Assembly: GCF_039654945.1 (NCBI RefSeq)
Contig: NW_027361868.1
Coordinates: 11,842,001 to 11,906,000 of the forward strand
Length of the DNA stretch: 64,000 nt
Direction of reading: 5' to 3'
From: Dendrobates tinctorius
Lineage: Eukaryota
Shown here: one piece after another, positions 58,764 through 64,000 of the stretch
Numbering within the stretch: position 1 is the stretch's first letter
How the letters are laid out: every line of letters begins with the position of its first letter
Program-made: the position numbers and the translations under genes
The notes under the pieces: model-generated
The model's input: only the letters and a program-made list of their open reading frames with translations
Databases searched by the model: none
What the model was told of the DNA's origin: nothing

Positions 58764-61700
58764 TATTAAGCTTTAGTTATATATAATGTGTTGAGATGAG
58801 TGTTATACAGTCATATACTATGTATGTACAGTGTTATCTGTATCCATATGTTCACATTTTTGGCCATTTGCTTGCCTGCTGGATATTACAAAGTCTTGCT
58901 ATGTAAATAGGGGTATGACAATCCGAGGCTTGAGAAGACGCCGGTGATGATACGCTGCGTTAGCAGAAGACATGCTTCCAGGTTATATATAACCCAGAGC
59001 TGGCTTATTAGCTCACTATTATCCATGGTTAAGGATTGGAACCCTGCAGGTTAATCTATCAGAAAAAAACCACTCTCCATCTAAGCACAGCAACCAGATA
59101 ATGGAGAGGAAAGCCTTAGCGCCATACCAGCAGTTCTGTGTTGCTGCGTGCTCCATAAAACTAATATCCAAACTATTATGTCCTTTTTACCTGGCCATAG
59201 ATAAGGAGATTTTTCCCTTGAGGCATACATTGATTAATCTGTCTAATTTTGGTCCGTGCATTGTGGTCCTTGCTCGGACCGAGTTTCACAGACGTCTGCA
59301 TGGGCCCTAAGCTGGGTGAACACAGGGAGTGTCTTTTACTTACGCAGCTATTTGCTATCATGTAAGAAACAACTAAATTTATAGACAGAATATCTATAGT
59401 CACGAGGAGTATAAAAAAAAGAACACTCCTTTAAACATTGGAGATTTCTGCAAATCACAAACTTTGCATCTCTTATTCTCACCCGCCGTAAAATGAATGC
59501 TAAAAACTTTTCAGCTGGAGTTACTTCTCAAATAATGCCCAAAGAGTGGCGTTATGCAGGATCAGTAAATGTTGGCGTACATTTTATTTCAGAGTATTGG
59601 AAAGCATCATGAAATAGAGGGACCCAGTAAAGAAACCTATACTGTGCAGAATACTTGTTTTTACAATGAAAATCAATGGCCAACATATGCGTATAGCGGA
59701 CGAGCAGCATATACAGGGAATACTCGCAATCTTTACCTAGGAGAACAGTGTAAAATGAAATCCTAGCTTGGCACGATCATCTTGTTTATTTGGTTCACAC
59801 TTCTCGATATGTGGTTTGCATTTGTCATGTGACTATTTAGTGATATTTTAATAAAGTTTGCTTTTTTAGTTATGCTTAAAGCCTTGATTCTGTGACAAAA
59901 CAATAGCTGCTGTTTCTTTCTAAGCCCATGTGATACAACATACAATTACTTTTAATTCACCATTTTCCATCATTTCCATGGTGTTGTCATTTGGATCATT
60001 TTTTGCATTTCAGCAGGGAGGCCGCCGGTAGGGTTCCTCATGACAGTATTGGGCTGATTGTGGGATGCAGCAAGTAAAGGCGTTGTTGTGTATAGGTGAG
60101 CACACAGGATTAGTCAGGTTTGGGAAAAACAAACTCACAGGCTTATGTAAAAATTAAGAGAGGAGAGCGAAAACCAAGTGACAAAACCAGGAATGAGACA
60201 TAAGGTAGATAAGGTCAAAGATAATCCAAGTCAAGATCTAAAGGAGCCCATATGACTGACACACTGTAGCTGTTGGGTGCCCTGCTCTGTCCATTATGGG
60301 AGAAGGAGGCCCGGATTGTCTGTTGATAGGGCCCTCAGCTCCCTGGTAAACAGCAAGATGCAGTGATCAGGGAAGGTCCTCAATCCCGATCACTGCAAAA
60401 ACCATTATGTGCAACTCCTGTAAAGGTTGTGGTGGCCCACCGGAGGATCCACCGATTCTAAGATAGACCAGTCCAAGCCTGATTACAACAGTAGACTAGA
60501 GGGGACACAGCAGGGGGCCCTCTGTGCCTGGGGGCCCTGGGCAAGTGCCCACTCTGCCCTCATCGCCCCATAACGCAGGCCCTGGATCTATCCCTCGTGA
60601 CTTCCCCCTACACTTGAACACTCAGGTCATATGAGCAGGGTATGGATTATTAAAGGCTACAGTAGAACGGATGTTAGTTTTAAAGAAGAGTCAAAAGTCC
60701 TTAACATTCTGCAATGTATGAGTCTCACTGATAAAGGACTCGTCGCTTGCTGTTAATATCTATTTTTTACCTGGTGTAAATGTCGGTGTTCTCCTGAATC
60801 CGGCGTTTTTATTTCGTTCCTGTGCCTCTTTGTTTCTGAGATATGGTCTCCTCTTTTCTGTATGTAGATATCATTTGGTAAGCCAAGTAGGAGTGATCTT
60901 CAACCCTTCTTTGTGGTGCCTGGCTGCACTATGTATGGTTTTCATTGGATTTTAGTAACTTCATAATTGTAGTACTGATGGCTTAAAATGTTCCCTGCCC
61001 TCCTTTTTCTTCCCATAACTTGATGTTTTATTGGACATTATAATAATATACTCTATGATATATTGATGCTGATATTGTCCGTTAGTATTTTTTTTTTTTT
61101 TGCTTATTTTGTATTTGTGTACGTGAAAATTTAACCTTTCAATAAAAATTGAATTTTGATAAAGAGGAGCCAAAGTGAGTGGAAAGAATATGGACTGTGT
61201 ATTTATATGACGCTTTAATGACTGTAAGTAATAAATCCATAACTACCAAGTGTCTCAGTGACATGTTTGCCGATCGGAGGTCACACAGGACCATTTACAC
61301 AGGCTGATTGTGCTTATGATACACACAGGATGCTCAGCAATAGGCCACTAAGTGTGCACAGGCTTGTATTGTCCTCGGCAGCACGTTCTGTTAACTCAGA
61401 ATGATGTGCTGCTGAGAACGATGATTATTTTAAGCAAGCCAAAAGATCCTTTCAGTCTGACGAACAAGTGTTTTGATCTTTTGTTGGGTGATACGCAGCC
61501 GTTTCACAAGGCACGATTATCAGGATACATTCTTAAGAATGTTCCTTCCCGATACCGTGTGAATGCACCCATTCTAAGATTCTTTGGGGAATGCTGAGGT
61601 TTCTTGATATCACCCTGGTGCCAGGTTACTTCTACCCTCGTTCTAACTATGTACCAGGTTACTTTTTATTTTGTTCACTTAGCCACTTCATTACTAGTTT

Positions 61701-61793
61701 TCAGATATGCCAGAGCTATTAATGCCCAGTTCAATCACAACTCGGAAATATGCCAAAAATCTTAATCCTCTGCAAGCCTTGTATGCCAGATTA

Positions 61794-62291
61794 GGCCGGT
61801 TTCACATTAGCGCTTTTTAAGCGCACGCACGGCCGGGGGTAGCTCCGCCCCCGAGCCGGCTCTCTGCCCGGCGTGCCCGCCCCTTGCTTGTAGCGCCGCC
61901 TCCTAGCGCACAGCGGCGCCTGCGATCGGCGCACCCTATCTTTAGCATAGGGTGCGCAGATCGTGCGCAGGCCGTGCGCTAGTTGCGCTTTGACCTGCGC
62001 TGCGCACTTTTGACGGTGCGCCGTGCGTGCCAAAATCCGAAAAGTTTGATTTTGGCGCGCACGGCGCACCGTCAAAAGTGCGCAGCGCAGGTCAAAGCGC
62101 AACTAGCGCACGGCCTGCGCACGATCTGTGCACCCTATGCTAAAGATAGGGTGCGCCGATCGCAGGCGCTGCTGTGCGCTAGGAGGCGGCGCTACAAGCA
62201 AGGGGCGGGCACGCCGGGCAGAGAGCCGGCTCGGGGGTGGAGCTACCCCCGGCCGTGCGTGCGCTTAAAAAGCGCTAATGTGAAACCGGCC
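61794..62291. mobile_element. Fully palindromic 498-bp PIF/Harbinger-like MITE in PRPH2 intron 1
   Basis: TTA|GGCCGGTTTCACATTAGCG ... CGCTAATGTGAAACCGGCC|TTA; arms pair over the whole length around a ~10-nt loop near 62038-62047. Confidence 0.92.
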
Positions 62292-63644
62292 TTAGTTTAC
62301 AAATTCTCATTTTGACTCCAGTCTAGATAAACACCCAGAAAACAGACCCAGAAAATTACACCCGATCACCGGCAGTTCAGGCATTAGGACACTCTGATTA
62401 CCGTCCAGCCGGTCACAACAGTTGTAATGGGTCTGTCAGCATAAAATGACTGTTCAAACCAAGCACAGTCGCTCGGTGCACCCTTGGCAGAGCCAAGCAG
62501 TTTATTTATTTCCACCTCCTCTTCCTTGATTCACAGCATCGGCTTAAAGGAGACAGAGGAAGGAGGAGACATTCTGTATGTCAGAGATTAATCTAGGCTT
62601 TCCGACATTGGTGGCAAAAACTTCATGTTGGACCTACCCTCCTGTACACAGTTCAAGCGGTTAGAGAAGTCACCTTGTGACCGCTCATATGTGATTTGCA
62701 TACGGTCATGAGACCACGAGCTGCTCTTCCTAACTCTAGGAGTGTTCAGTGAAACACTACAGTTACTGTTTCATTGAGAGAAGCTGGAAGAGAAGATAGT
62801 TCGTATATGACCATAATTATGAAAATCGCATGAGTGGTCACGTGATGACCTCTCGAATCGGCAAACAGAGCTGAATTCTGACAGTGAGTATATTACATAC
62901 TGTTACGGTTTGGCATGTTACACGACCTAATTTTATAATTCATACTCCTAATATAAATGCAGATGAAGTAACCCTTAACTTGGCAGACTGCACAATACTT
63001 TAACATAGCTATGGGTCACGTTATCTGACAGGTTATGGATTGCTACATGTGCGCAGGATCAGAACCAATAACAATACATGAATACATCACCATAATCAAA
63101 ATCAGTACATTCATCACCTGAGCCACCATAAGTACAGGAGTACAAAACAAGAACCATCACCAGTGATCGGAGACAGGAAAGAAAACAATACAGACAAATG
63201 TGCACATACAGAGGTACAGGGCAATGAATTGTATTAAACACCATATACACTAACTCCACAATTAAAAACAATTAAAACCATGACAAGCAGTGGCATCCCG
63301 CCAATGGCAGCAGGCCAGGCGGTTGCTGTGGGCCCGTGAGCCAAGGAGGGCTGGTGCCAGTGCCGTCTACAGGCTCCCCTCCTGTCATTGCAAATCCAAA
63401 TGTATTGGCATCATGGATACTGATACAGTTGAAAGAAATGCTGAAACAGGGAGTTTTAGCTGACGCTCCTTCCTCCATCACTCGTCCTTGGCGTACATTC
63501 TTCCTCACCGCAGCGGGCACAATGACACTACATGGTGTCCGCTTGCTGAGAAGTGCTACACTTCAGAATTCTAGTTGTAGAGATAGGAGCAGTGGGGGAA
63601 CGAGGAGGCGAGATGAGTATTGTATTTTTTTTATTGTGGTGGCC

Positions 63645-63980
63645 ATAATACTGTATGGAGGACTATGAATTGCAATATACTATATGAGGACTATAGGGAG
63701 GGCATTATATTGTATGGAAGACTATAGTGTGCATTATACTATATGGAGGACTATGGGGAGTGCATTATACTAAATAGCGGCCTATGGATCGCATTATACT
63801 GTATGGAGGACTATGGGGAGTGTATTATACTGTATGGAGGACTATGGGGTGCATTAAATTATAAGGAGAACTAAGAGGGTGCAATATGGAGGACTATGTG
63901 GGGGCTATTATATATAGAGGGCTATGTGGGGGCCATTATAATATTTTGAGGGCTATGTGGGGGCCATTATACTGTATGCA
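63645..63980. repeat. Degenerate ~30-bp minisatellite, probably inside a hAT-like element starting near 63288
   Basis: Recurrent GGAGGACTATGGGGAGTGCATTATACT(A/G)TAT; CAGTGGC terminus-like sequence at 63288. Confidence 0.7.
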
Positions 63981-64000
63981 AGAAATTATAAAGTGTGAAG

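Noticed and set aside
61791-62315. Near-identical ORFs on opposite strands
   Set aside because: Direct consequence of the palindromic MITE; non-ATG starts.
51216-64000. PRPH2 exons 2 and 3
   Set aside because: No sequence encoding the expected RIKSNVDG/VPFSCC segment was seen; presumed beyond the window.

Overview
Vertebrate genomic DNA, most likely a frog (inferred from the repeat families and the protein sequences). Host genes: a complete 12-exon UTP25/DIEXF on the minus strand (CDS 7203..21054, 764 aa assembled by hand from GT-AG junctions); intronless TBCC on the plus strand (21234..22199), head-to-head with UTP25 with only 179 bp between the ATGs; and coding exon 1 of PRPH2 (50635..51215) with an upstream CRX/NRL-type motif cluster. 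Most of the rest is transposon-derived: an intact DD34E Tc1 with ~208-bp TIRs, a near full-length but broken CR1 LINE split by a chromodomain Gypsy (Tf1/sushi-type) LTR element, stacked CR1 3' tails, two non-autonomous Helitrons carrying different minisatellites, hAT, Harbinger-like and Kolobok/T2-like MITEs, and V-SINEs. The most notable hidden signal is a dispersed set of minimal hammerhead-ribozyme-like motifs with a variant core (UUGAnAA-A, stem II, GAAAC, palindromic stem III, GUH). They occur at five loci with unrelated but pairing stem sequences, and two of them lie at the centre of short non-coding fold-back insertions, one with a 12-bp target-site duplication. This points to a small Penelope-like, ribozyme-bearing retroelement class. 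The LTR element has no tRNA PBS; its PBS position is complementary to its own predicted 5' end, as expected for self-priming. All coordinates and counts were read by eye and no searches were run.
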